Program-made: the position numbers and the translations under genes
The notes under the pieces: generated by a model
The model's database searches: none
Told to the model about the DNA's origin: nothing
What the model saw: only the letters and a program-made list of their open reading frames with translations
Shown here: piece after piece, positions 1 through 8,912 of the stretch
Numbering within the stretch: the first letter of the stretch is position 1
Layout: each line of letters begins with the position of its first letter
DNA from: Minisyncoccia bacterium
Lineage (GTDB): Bacteria; Patescibacteriota; Minisyncoccia; Phycocordibacterales; JAACPR01
Direction: 5' to 3'
Assembly: GCA_041740795.1 (NCBI GenBank)
Contig: JBGSLH010000012.1
Location: forward strand, 19,146 to 83,145
DNA length: 64,000 nt

Positions 1-52
1 AAATCAATGAAAAATAGCCCGACCCACAGTCCTAGTTTGCCTTGTCAGAACT

Positions 53-67
53 ATGCTAAAATACCCT
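53..67 (+). promoter_or_regulatory. Extended -10 promoter-like box (TGcTAAAAT)
   Basis: The 15-nt ATGCTAAAATACCCT is identical to the box at 3529-3543, which ends 1 nt (-10 hexamer 6 nt) before the ydeI-like ATG. Here no ATG follows. Confidence 0.35.
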
Positions 68-147
68 TACAAGGCTTGAACTCACTGGTACTTAACCCGA
101 GTGGCCCGCCATTGACAGGTAGCACGAGATAGGTTGCTATACATTTA

Positions 148-170
148 CAAAACACAATTAATGTGTTTTT
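148..170 (+). terminator. Intrinsic terminator-like hairpin
   Basis: AAAACACA-ATTAA-TGTGTTTTT: 8-bp stem followed by a T-run. Confidence 0.5.
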
Positions 171-252
171 GAATAAATAAACAAGTTCTTTCACATTCCC
201 GAAGTGATCGAATAAACAACTCAGTCGGATAAGGCCGGCAAGGGATCATAAC

Positions 253-2295
253 ATGATAACACCAAAAAACTACCAAGTTCCAGCCATTTCAAAAGGGTTG
301 GAGGCTCTTCGTATGTATGGCAAAGCTCTCCTTGTCATGGCAACAGGACTAGGAAAGACCGTCGTCGCTGCATTCATGACCAAAGGAGAAATCTTGTCGC
401 AAGGCAAAGTTTTGTTCCTCTGTCATGACTCGCGTATTCTCAAGCAAGCTCGCAAATCTTTTTCTGAAATCATTGGTTCAGATTGTACCCATGGAGAATT
501 TCATGGGAAGCAAAAGGATCATGATGATGTGAATGTTATCTTTGCAACCTTTCAGACAATGAAGGATTGGAAAGATGCATTTTTTGAAGATGAGTTTGCA
601 ACTATCATTGTAGACGAAGGACACCACTCACAAGCAATCACATTCAAGTCTGTTTTGGAATATTTCAATCCAAAATTCATGTTTGCTCTCACGGCTACGC
701 CGGATCGAGCAGATGGACTCGATATCCGTGATTTATTTGGTGAAGAGGTTGTCGATATTTCTCTTGAAGAAGCTCTTGCAAATCGCTGGCTTCCGCATGT
801 TGAGTATCGTGTACTCTCAGATGGTATCGGTCGTGGTGTTCTCAAAAAACTCACAAAAGATATCGTGCAAGATGGTAAAAGGGTTTCAATCAAGCAATTG
901 AACGAGACTATTTTTATCAAAAAGCGGGACGAAGAGATTTCGAGAATCATACAGGAGCAAGAACAGAAGCAGGGAATCATTTTCTGCGAAAGTATTGCTC
1001 ACGCACATGAATTTCAAAAATCTCTCCCGTCTTCGGTGACACTTCATTCCAAAATGTCGCAAAAAGCTCAAGACAAGGCTCACGAAGGATTCAAGGCAGG
1101 AACGTATTCGTACATTCTTGTGATTGATAAGTACAACGAAGGCGTTGATGTACCAGAGACGGACTTAATTGTCTTTCTCAGGTGTACTGACTCTCGTCGT
1201 ATTTTCCTTCAACAGCTTGGTCGGGGGCTTCATTGTACAGATACAGACAAAAAGGTACTCGTTTTGGATTTTGTCGCAAACTGTGACCGAATCCAAATGA
1301 TCAAGGAACTGACAGACAAGATTCTATCATTTCTTCCAAGCTGGTCCGAAATTGACAAGAGTCCAATACATGTTTCAGGAGAAGGATTTGACTTCGTCTT
1401 TGACGAAGAACAGATTCAACTCTTGGAAATTTTGAGGAGTTTGAGACCGACCTATGTCAGTGATGTTCCTCATCTTTTGGTAGAATACCACCCAACCAAA
1501 AATGACCTTCCTGCAGATCAAGTACGAGCAGGATGGAATAGGAATTTTTGGTGGAGGTGTTCGCTTGACTCAAGACACGAGTGGAAAGCACGTGCTTCTC
1601 ATAGGCAGTTTGGAGTGGGTTGTCCATTTTGCTCAAACAAAAAGATTCACCCAGAAACCAACTCGCTCGCAGTAACTCACCCTGAACTTGCAAAAGAATA
1701 CCACCCGACCAAGAACGAGCTTCCTGCAGATCAAGTATTTGCAGGAACTAATCAAAAATTGTGGTGGATATGTTCTAAGGATTCAAGACACGATTGGGAG
1801 GCTGTGGGATCTTCCCGAAGCGGTCTAAAAACAAACTGTCCTTTCTGTGCTGGTCAAAAAGTTCATCCAGAAACCAACTCGCTCGCAGTAACTCACCCTG
1901 AACTTGCAAAAGAATACCACCCAACCAAAAATGAACTTCCTGCAGATCAAGTTTCTGCTGGAACTCATAAAAAGTTATGGTGGATATGTCCGAAAGAATC
2001 CCGTCATGTATGGGAAGCAGCAGGAAATAGTAGGGTGGGAGGAAATGGTTGTCCATTTTGCTCAAATAAAATGATTCATCCAGAAACCAACTCACTCGCA
2101 GTAACTCACCCTGAACTTGCAAAGGAGTATCATCCAACGAAAAACGAGCTTCCTGCAAATCAAGTTTTTGCTGGGGCCAGAAGAAAGTTTCAGTGGATAT
2201 GTTCCAAGGACCCTCGTCATGAATGGGAGATGCCTGGTTACAAGCGTTTTATTGGAGTAGGATGCCCTCATTGTAGGCGTTCAAAAAATATGTAG
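253..2295 (+). CDS. SF2 helicase (ResIII/DEAD-like core) fused to four tandem treble-clef zinc-ribbon modules
   Basis: Helicase motifs ATGLGKT (I), IIVDEGHH (II), LTATPDR (III), QQLGRGLH (VI). The C-terminal half has 4 repeats of YHPTKNELPADQV..WWIC..H.W....CPFC. AAGGGA Shine-Dalgarno before the ATG. Confidence 0.85.
   Translation: MITPKNYQVPAISKGLEALRMYGKALLVMATGLGKTVVAAFMTKGEILSQGKVLFLCHDSRILKQARKSFSEIIGSDCTHGEFHGKQKDHDDVNVIFATFQTMKDWKDAFFEDEFATIIVDEGHHSQAITFKSVLEYFNPKFMFALTATPDRADGLDIRDLFGEEVVDISLEEALANRWLPHVEYRVLSDGIGRGVLKKLTKDIVQDGKRVSIKQLNETIFIKKRDEEISRIIQEQEQKQGIIFCESIAHAHEFQKSLPSSVTLHSKMSQKAQDKAHEGFKAGTYSYILVIDKYNEGVDVPETDLIVFLRCTDSRRIFLQQLGRGLHCTDTDKKVLVLDFVANCDRIQMIKELTDKILSFLPSWSEIDKSPIHVSGEGFDFVFDEEQIQLLEILRSLRPTYVSDVPHLLVEYHPTKNDLPADQVRAGWNRNFWWRCSLDSRHEWKARASHRQFGVGCPFCSNKKIHPETNSLAVTHPELAKEYHPTKNELPADQVFAGTNQKLWWICSKDSRHDWEAVGSSRSGLKTNCPFCAGQKVHPETNSLAVTHPELAKEYHPTKNELPADQVSAGTHKKLWWICPKESRHVWEAAGNSRVGGNGCPFCSNKMIHPETNSLAVTHPELAKEYHPTKNELPANQVFAGARRKFQWICSKDPRHEWEMPGYKRFIGVGCPHCRRSKNM
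1465..2292 (+). repeat. Coding tandem repeat, 213-216 bp period, 4 units
   Basis: GTAACTCACCCTGAACTTGC recurs at 1672, 1888 and 2101 (spacings 216 and 213 bp), with long near-identical stretches between units. Confidence 0.9.
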
Positions 2296-2345
2296 TTTAT
2301 CATCGTTATACGGCAAAAATGATGAGAGTGGCGAGCTTCGCTAAT

Positions 2346-2377
2346 GGAGGGAACAGGTAATGCTGCCCTCCTTTTTT
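2346..2377 (+). terminator. Intrinsic terminator after the helicase gene
   Basis: GGAGGG..CCCTCC stem followed by TTTTTT. Confidence 0.6.
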
Positions 2378-2558
2378 ATTATGTAAACTAAATACTTATA
2401 TTTTATCCTTCAACAAAATCCTTTCAGATATATTCTCAAATATATCCCTTTTCTCCTGCATGTCTCCATCTTTCAGAATAAACTTCACATAATTCTTGAT
2501 GATACACAGCTATGCAAAATTTTATTTTTACTTTATGGTCGTATGTTAAAATTCAAAT

Positions 2559-3161
2559 ATGGATATCAATAAATATACTATTCCAGACAATGGGGCACAA
2601 AATGAAATACTTCCAAACCTTTTGAATTTAGAAACTATAGAGGAAATCAATGAATCAGAATTCCTTGGTTTTGTGCGTGCACAGCAAAATGCAATTGATG
2701 AATTGTCGGATGACACAGTATTTGATGTTTCATATTTGTATAAACTTCACAAAGAAGCTCTTGAGCACCTATATTCTTTTGCAGGAAAATTACGAACAGT
2801 GAACATGTCAAAAGGGAACTTTGCTTTTGCTCCTGCAAGCTTCCTTTCTCAGTCAATGAAAGATTTTGAAACTGAATTTTTAGATGTATTAAAAAATGAA
2901 ATAACCGATGACACTATTCTTTTACAAAATCTTGCACGAATGCATGCAGAACTATTATTCATTCATCCATTTCGAGAAGGGAATGGAAGAACTGCCCGTA
3001 TGTTTACAGATATGTTTTATTTATCAAAGACAGGAAAACTACTCGACTCTACTTTTTTGTTAGATAATCTAGAAGCATATATTCTAGCAGTACAACAAGC
3101 GAATCAAAAAGAATACACTTTGATGGAGAAACTATTTCTTGAGATGTCCTCTGGTCTTTAG
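2559..3161 (+). CDS. fic: Fic/DOC family protein (AMPylase-type toxin)
   Basis: Canonical Fic motif HPFREGNGRTAR. About 200 aa, like stand-alone Fic proteins. No [ST]xxxE[GN] inhibitory motif seen in the protein itself. Confidence 0.9.
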   Translation: MDINKYTIPDNGAQNEILPNLLNLETIEEINESEFLGFVRAQQNAIDELSDDTVFDVSYLYKLHKEALEHLYSFAGKLRTVNMSKGNFAFAPASFLSQSMKDFETEFLDVLKNEITDDTILLQNLARMHAELLFIHPFREGNGRTARMFTDMFYLSKTGKLLDSTFLLDNLEAYILAVQQANQKEYTLMEKLFLEMSSGL

Positions 3162-3314
3162 TTTTGAAAACTGAGATTTGGTGAATTTAATACCTTCAAT
3201 AGCAAAAGAAGTTCTCATTGTTTCAAATGAGCGAGATTTGAGTGCTGACTTGTTTAAACTCTTTAGAGAGAAGGGTTTTTGAGTCTTTGATTTCTTAATA
3301 CTGGTTGCTTTCAT
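3132..3314 (-). CDS. VbhA-like Fic antitoxin (60 aa), start trimmed to the internal ATG
   Basis: MKATSIKK...MRTSFAIEGIKF contains S-x-x-x-E-G, the Fic inhibitory-helix motif. TGgTATAAT box 6 nt upstream of the ATG at 3314. Overlaps the fic 3' end by 30 nt. Confidence 0.6.
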   Translation of the reverse strand: MKATSIKKSKTQKPFSLKSLNKSALKSRSFETMRTSFAIEGIKFTKSQFSKLKTRGHLKK

Positions 3315-3356
3315 ATTGTTATTATACCATATTGGGCTTAAAAATAAAGTTAAAAA

Positions 3357-3405
3357 GTGACACATCGCTGTCACAAAAACCTGCAATAAGTGTCACTTTT
3401 GTCAC
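3357..3405 (-). promoter_or_regulatory. Candidate operator: GTGACA/TGTCAC repeats upstream of the antitoxin promoter
   Basis: GTGACA-N6-TGTCAC at 3357-3374, plus TGTCAC at 3391 and GTCAC at 3401. Confidence 0.35.
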
Positions 3406-3544
3406 TTTTTGCTCTGCTCGAGACTCATTGAAAGAAGGAAGACAATAAGGTTGTCTTGCGATCATGTTTAGTGTTATTGAACCATAGGAATACCAGGAAG
3501 ATCAAGAACAGGATTTTGAATTATAAACATGCTAAAATACCCTC

Positions 3545-3835
3545 ATGTCCAAAACTCCCACCCACCTCCCTCATACTACTCCTCCAGATCTACAAAAAAT
3601 GCTCGCATCTTCAAAGGCGGCACAAGCGACATGGGAAGACATCACTCCTCTTGCACGCAACGAATGGGTCTGTTGGATCACTTCGGTCAAAAAACCTGAG
3701 ACGAGAAAACTTCATATCGAGCGAGCTCGCGAAAATCTCACTGCCAGGAAACGTCGACCTTGTTGTTGGTCAGATTGCTCTCATCGATATGAGTTTGCAC
3801 GAACACATGCAGACGCATCTTCTCATTTGCGTTAG
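3545..3835 (+). CDS. YdeI/OmpD-associated (OmdA) family protein
   Basis: PPDLQKML...ITPLARNEWVCWITSVKKPETRKLHIERA..RKRRPCCW matches the family pattern. Leaderless-type -10 box at 3533-3538. Confidence 0.6.
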   Translation: MSKTPTHLPHTTPPDLQKMLASSKAAQATWEDITPLARNEWVCWITSVKKPETRKLHIERARENLTARKRRPCCWSDCSHRYEFARTHADASSHLR

Positions 3836-3844
3836 AATAGATGT

Positions 3845-4582
3845 ATGAAGAAAAGAAAGCTCACTCTCCTCTGGATACTTCTCATATTTGTTTTCATATA
3901 TCTTAATCGAACCTATGCGCATATTTACAACACGATAGATACGGTTTCGCTTCAATCTCCGCCAATGGAAATGAAATATGACCTCGGTAATACTTCCCAA
4001 AAACTTCTCACCTACGTCGCGATAGGTGACAGTCTCACTGCTGGTGTCGGTGTTGATGAATTCACACAGTCATATCCGTATCTGCTTGCCAAACAGATTG
4101 CTGATACGGACAAACACGTTGTACTTCACACGTTTGCGGTACAGGGTGCACGAAGCGATACAGCACGTAATTTCATTGATTCTGCAGTGGCGGTTCAGCC
4201 TGACATCATTACAATTCTAATCGGAGTGAATGACATACACGGAAATGTTTTTAAAAAGAAATTCCAAAAAAACTACGAACAGATTCTAACAAGGCTCACG
4301 ACCGAAACTCGTGCCAAAATCTATCTGGTCGCCATCCCGTATATCGGTGCGTCAGATCTGATACGTTTTCCATATTCGTATTATTTTGAATACCAGACCA
4401 AGAGATTTAATGAGACTGTCCAAGAGCTTGCAGACACATACTCGGCTCAATATATAGATTTGTACACACAGACCCATACCCAAGCATATTCCAAGGAGTA
4501 TTATTCTGCAGACTTGTTTCATCCATCACCTGCAGGATATACTCAGTGGTCCGATATCCTCTATGACAGTATCAATCATTAA
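3845..4582 (+). CDS. SGNH/GDSL hydrolase, membrane-anchored
   Basis: Block I AIGDSLTAG, block III GVNDI, block V DLFHPS. N-terminal TM segment. Confidence 0.8.
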   Translation: MKKRKLTLLWILLIFVFIYLNRTYAHIYNTIDTVSLQSPPMEMKYDLGNTSQKLLTYVAIGDSLTAGVGVDEFTQSYPYLLAKQIADTDKHVVLHTFAVQGARSDTARNFIDSAVAVQPDIITILIGVNDIHGNVFKKKFQKNYEQILTRLTTETRAKIYLVAIPYIGASDLIRFPYSYYFEYQTKRFNETVQELADTYSAQYIDLYTQTHTQAYSKEYYSADLFHPSPAGYTQWSDILYDSINH

Positions 4583-5675
4583 TCCAGTCCAGGCGACATA
4601 CATCTTTATCTGTATTGGGATTATTCTGCTTGCTTGTTCGATGAAGCGACGCAGTACAGACGGACTTTCTAATTCGGTAAGTACGGAGCTCAAGGGTTTT
4701 GCCATTCTAATGGTTATCTTCGCGCACATTGGATACATCCTGTCGAAGCAGCATGAGTTTCTTTTTCCGATATCCATTCTTGCAGGTGTCGGAGTAAACT
4801 TATTTCTTTTTCTTTCAGGTTATGGACTAACAATTAGTCAGATCAAAAAAAATGAATCAATTCTCAAATTCTATAAAAAAAGATTGCCTAAGCTATTCGT
4901 CCCATTCTGGATAGTTCTTGTGGTACTTCTTGTGCTTGATTATGTCACGCTCGACATTGTTTATACTCACCAATCCATTCTCAAAGCGTTCCTCGGAATC
5001 TTCACGCAGGCAGATGCACTCCGAGACATCAATTCTCCGATGTGGTATTTTACGCTCATCCTCGTCTACTATCTTCTCTTTCCCTTGTTATTTTCAAAAA
5101 GATATCCGTGGATATCGGCGATCATATTGTATTTTTTCACATGGTATGTCCTGTATCTCAAACTAGATTTTTTCAAGGATGTCTTGACGCTCTACAAGGT
5201 TCACTTACTGGCGTTTCCTCTTGGGATGGTCGGAGCGTGGTTTTCTCTGAGAGAAAACCAGTTTTCCCAAAAACTTTTTTCAAAAATAAAAGAACTGTAT
5301 GTGCGATTTGAAAAATATCTTCACTCAATCCTTGTTGTGGTTCTTTTGTTCATAATCGGATACACTGCAATTCATTCGGGAGTAGGCGAGAAGCCTCTCA
5401 TTGAGCAGACGATCAGTCTTGTGACAATGTTTGCTGTAATTCTTTTATTCATTATCAAAAAATACGAGTTCAGAATCCTTACTATCTTAGGAATCTACTC
5501 GTATGAGATCTACCTGTTCCATTGGCCACTTATGTATCGATACGATTTGTTCTACAAGTATGTTCCTGCCTGGCTGGCGACACTTCTGTATTTTTTCGTA
5601 TTTATTGGATTGGCACGGGTTCTTAAGAAAGTTTCCAATCGTGTAATACATGTACGACAAAACCCAAAAATCTGA
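4563..5675 (+). CDS. Acyltransferase family 3 (O-acyltransferase) membrane protein
   Basis: LKGFAILMVIFAHIGY near the N-terminus and about 10 hydrophobic segments. Overlaps the SGNH gene by 20 nt. Confidence 0.8.
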   Translation: MTVSIINPVQATYIFICIGIILLACSMKRRSTDGLSNSVSTELKGFAILMVIFAHIGYILSKQHEFLFPISILAGVGVNLFLFLSGYGLTISQIKKNESILKFYKKRLPKLFVPFWIVLVVLLVLDYVTLDIVYTHQSILKAFLGIFTQADALRDINSPMWYFTLILVYYLLFPLLFSKRYPWISAIILYFFTWYVLYLKLDFFKDVLTLYKVHLLAFPLGMVGAWFSLRENQFSQKLFSKIKELYVRFEKYLHSILVVVLLFIIGYTAIHSGVGEKPLIEQTISLVTMFAVILLFIIKKYEFRILTILGIYSYEIYLFHWPLMYRYDLFYKYVPAWLATLLYFFVFIGLARVLKKVSNRVIHVRQNPKI

Positions 5676-5689
5676 TATTATCTTGATAT

Positions 5690-6880
5690 ATGATAAAAAC
5701 GGATATTGAAAGCATTGACGAAATTTTGGAACGAGGGACGATCGTAAATATTTTACCTACAAAAGAGCAATTTCGAGAGAAACTGCTTTCTGGAGAAAAA
5801 TTGAGATTTTATATTGGTTTTGATGCGACAGCACCAACGTTGCATCTCAGTCACGCCAAAAACATTATGTTTCTTGAAAAGTTCAGAAAACTCGGGCATG
5901 AGGTAATCGTCTTGTTTGGAGATTTTACTGCCAGGATAGGTGACCCGACAGGAATGCATTCTCAGACTCGCAAGCAGCTTTCGCGAGAGGATGTCTTGTC
6001 GAATGTTCAGAAATGGAAAGTTCTCATTCAGCCACTGATGGATTTTGATGATGCTACAAATCCTCCGCAGATTCGATACAACCACGATTGGCTCTCTGTT
6101 CTCTCTATGGAGGACGTAATAAAATTAAGTGCAAACTTTACAGTTCAGCAAATGCTCGAGCGAGATATGTTCCAGAAGCGCATGTCAGAAGGAAGGCCGA
6201 TACATTTGCACGAATTTCTTTACCCATTAATGCAAGGATATGATTCTGCTGCAATGGATGTTGATGTAGAAGTATGTGGTACTGATCAGACCTTTAACGC
6301 GTTAGCAGGTAGAACGCTTCAGAAAAGAATAAATAATAAGGAAAAGTTTGTTGTTGCTGTAACGCTGATGGAGAATCCCAAGACAGGAGAGCTTATGTCA
6401 AAGAGTAATGGGACTGGAGTTTTTCTTGATGTGACGCCGACCGACATGTATGGTCAGATCATGGCTCAACCGGACGAAATGATCGAAATACTTTTCACGA
6501 ACAATACGCTTTTTTCTAAGCAGAAAATACGGGAAGTGATGACTTCAGAGAATCCAAAGGATGCAAAAATGAAACTAGCCCACGAAATCGTCAGGATTTT
6601 TTCAGGTGAAAATCTTGCTGATGAAGCACAGGTCTACTGGATCTCTACTTTTTCTAAAAAAGAAATTCCCGACGATATGCCCACATTCAAGATGATTAAC
6701 TCTGACATTCTTTCTTTGCTTGTTGATGGAGGACTTGTAACTTCAAAATCAGAAGCACGTCGCGCGATAGAACAAGGAGGAGTAAAGATAAATGGAGAGG
6801 TCTGCACTGATGTAAAGACTGAAGTTTCATCAGGTGACGTGATCCAAAAAGGCAAGATGCATTTTTTGAAAGTTGAATAA
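5690..6880 (+). CDS. tyrS: Tyrosyl-tRNA synthetase
   Basis: HIGH-type APTLHLSHA, KMSKS-type LMSKS, and C-terminal S4 domain SKSEARRAIEQGGVKINGE. Confidence 0.9.
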   Translation: MIKTDIESIDEILERGTIVNILPTKEQFREKLLSGEKLRFYIGFDATAPTLHLSHAKNIMFLEKFRKLGHEVIVLFGDFTARIGDPTGMHSQTRKQLSREDVLSNVQKWKVLIQPLMDFDDATNPPQIRYNHDWLSVLSMEDVIKLSANFTVQQMLERDMFQKRMSEGRPIHLHEFLYPLMQGYDSAAMDVDVEVCGTDQTFNALAGRTLQKRINNKEKFVVAVTLMENPKTGELMSKSNGTGVFLDVTPTDMYGQIMAQPDEMIEILFTNNTLFSKQKIREVMTSENPKDAKMKLAHEIVRIFSGENLADEAQVYWISTFSKKEIPDDMPTFKMINSDILSLLVDGGLVTSKSEARRAIEQGGVKINGEVCTDVKTEVSSGDVIQKGKMHFLKVE

Positions 6881-6907
6881 AAACCAGTTCGAACTTATAA
6901 TAAAAGA

Positions 6908-7429
6908 ATGTTTCGTATATTATCTCTCGTATTCGCAATTGTCATATTTGTAGGTGGTTTGATTTTGATAGTTGGGTACACGACCCTTCCGTCTTATAAT
7001 AGTTCAACCACATTTGAAGTAGGATATTCTCCCGAACTTGTTTGGCAGGAACTCATAAAGATACAACTGATCCCTTCTCGTAAGGGCGATGTTGTTTCTG
7101 TAAATGTACTTGAAGAATACGGAAAACTCATTGCGTGGCAGGAGAACCTGCGTAACGGAGGCTATCGGATCTACCGTATGAATGAACGACAAGAAAACAG
7201 CCGACTTGTTCTCGAACTGACAGATAGTTCATACGGACTTACGGGAATTTGGACATTTGACCTTCGTTCAAATAACAACAAAACCGATGTAACCATAACT
7301 GAACAGAGTGTCCTCGGTGATCTCAAACTGCGTGGGTACCGCGTCTTGTTTGGTCGCGACCATGATTTGTTAGTTTGGGTAAAATATATTAAAGTAAGTT
7401 TACTGCAATCATTACTCGTCACACCATAA
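6908..7429 (+). CDS. Membrane-anchored hypothetical protein (possibly SRPBCC-like)
   Basis: N-terminal TM followed by a ~140-aa soluble domain. The family assignment is weak pattern recognition only. Confidence 0.45.
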   Translation: MFRILSLVFAIVIFVGGLILIVGYTTLPSYNSSTTFEVGYSPELVWQELIKIQLIPSRKGDVVSVNVLEEYGKLIAWQENLRNGGYRIYRMNERQENSRLVLELTDSSYGLTGIWTFDLRSNNNKTDVTITEQSVLGDLKLRGYRVLFGRDHDLLVWVKYIKVSLLQSLLVTP

Positions 7430-7432
7430 TTT

Positions 7433-7954
7433 ATGCAAGAAACACTTCTCAAACTTATTTCTCTTGGATCAATCGTGTTGATTTGCATTTCTCTTGTTCT
7501 TGTATTTTTGAACCTTTTTGGAATCTCAAATCCGATCAGGACGTTCATGGTGCGTTACCGTCTCAATCTTTTATTTTTAATATCTCTCATAGGAACTCTG
7601 GGAAGCATCCTTCTTTCTATCTATTTCAAACTTGCACCGTGTGAATTGTGTTGGTACCAGAGACTTTTTCTTTTTAGTTCTCCTGTGATCGCAAGGATTG
7701 CCTTACTCAAGAACGATACGACTGCACACATATATATCTTCTGGCTTTCGTTCATCGGTCTCCTTATTTCGATATATCACAGTCTTCTCCAATCAAAGAT
7801 CTTTGCGCCTGACACTGTATTTTGCAATCCGACTTCTGTAATCGACTGTTCCGTTCCACAATTCGTCTACTACGGTTTTGTGACCGTGCCTGTAATATCA
7901 TTCTCTGTTTTCCTTCTTTTACTTCTTATTTCATATGATTACAAGAAAATTTAA
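7433..7954 (+). CDS. DsbB/BdbC-like disulfide bond formation protein
   Basis: Four TM segments, CELCWYQR signature and a second Cys pair CNPTSVIDC. Confidence 0.7.
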   Translation: MQETLLKLISLGSIVLICISLVLVFLNLFGISNPIRTFMVRYRLNLLFLISLIGTLGSILLSIYFKLAPCELCWYQRLFLFSSPVIARIALLKNDTTAHIYIFWLSFIGLLISIYHSLLQSKIFAPDTVFCNPTSVIDCSVPQFVYYGFVTVPVISFSVFLLLLLISYDYKKI

Positions 7955-8456
7955 GGAGCATGCGTCAAAAAAAATTTTCAGAATAATCCTGGGTACCATT
8001 GTGTATTTAACTTTTGCGTTCTATGCCGTACCTGTATTTCACATGATTCCATCTGTGTATCATAATGCGTATGCGTTCGTGAGCGAAAAATTTCTTTCCA
8101 ATAAGAAGAATATTATTATTGGAAACACATCTCTTCTTGTGGACGTTGCTGATACGCAAGACAAGAGAGTCAAAGGACTGTCTGGCGTGGCGCAGCTTCC
8201 TGTACGATCAGGAATGCTTTTTGTGTTCGATACGCCTGACCTCTACGGTTTCTGGATGAAGGATATGAACTTTGCAATCGATATTATTTGGTTCAACAAA
8301 TACGGAGAGATCATCTATTTTGTGCAGGAAGTGGGTCCTGATTCGTATCCAGAGACGTTTCTTCCTCCTCAGGATAGTTTGTACGTGCTCGAAGTCTCTG
8401 CTGGCTTCGTAAAGAAAGAAGGACTCAAGATAGGGGATAAGATTGATTTATATTAA
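7935..8456 (+). CDS. DUF192 family protein
   Basis: GLSGV..GMLFVF..FWMKDMNFAIDIIW is the typical DUF192 core. N-terminal TM. Confidence 0.7.
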   Translation: MITRKFKEHASKKIFRIILGTIVYLTFAFYAVPVFHMIPSVYHNAYAFVSEKFLSNKKNIIIGNTSLLVDVADTQDKRVKGLSGVAQLPVRSGMLFVFDTPDLYGFWMKDMNFAIDIIWFNKYGEIIYFVQEVGPDSYPETFLPPQDSLYVLEVSAGFVKKEGLKIGDKIDLY

Positions 8457-8487
8457 AACTCATTGTATAATAATAAAGCTCGATGAT

Positions 8488-8822
8488 TGCTGTGTTGTAA
8501 TATATACAGAGGAAAGTCCGGACATGGGCCTGAGCAATTAGGCAGACGTGTAGCGGGTAACTCCCGTCGACATTGATTTGTCAGAGGTGCGAGCAGAGAC
8601 GTCCTTGGCCGAAAGGCTTGGAATTCCGGGAGTAATTCTGGAATAGTCATATGGCAACATATGAGTGAAACGGCTAAATCCTTACATCCATGCAAGACCG
8701 TGTCCCATGAAGTTTCTGACTGATTGGGAAGAGTCGCTCGAGGCCATGAGTAATCATGGTCCCAGATAAATAATCATCCGTCATGCAAATGGTGACAGAA
8801 TCCGGCTTATGAGCACATACGT
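8488..8822 (+). ncRNA. rnpB: RNase P RNA (bacterial type A-like); ends approximate
   Basis: GAGGAAAGTCCGG at 8509-8521 and ACAGAATCCGGCTTA at 8795-8809 (universally conserved regions). P1-like pairing of TGTGTT at 8491 with AGCACA at 8812. Confidence 0.85.
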
Positions 8823-8912
8823 GAAAAACCTGCGGAAAACTCCGTGGGTTTTTCATTTGCTTTTGATATACTTACAAGTATACAAACAAATTATCAGTTT
8901 TTAGCTATACCC

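Noticed and set aside
1465-2292. CRISPR-like regular repeats (also 55413-55896)
   Set aside because: Both are in-frame coding tandem repeats without unique spacers. No CRISPR array or cas gene is visible in the window.
3456-3848. 130-aa ORF overlapping the ydeI-like gene in another frame
   Set aside because: The 96-aa frame has a recognisable family pattern and a promoter placed for its ATG. The longer frame has neither.
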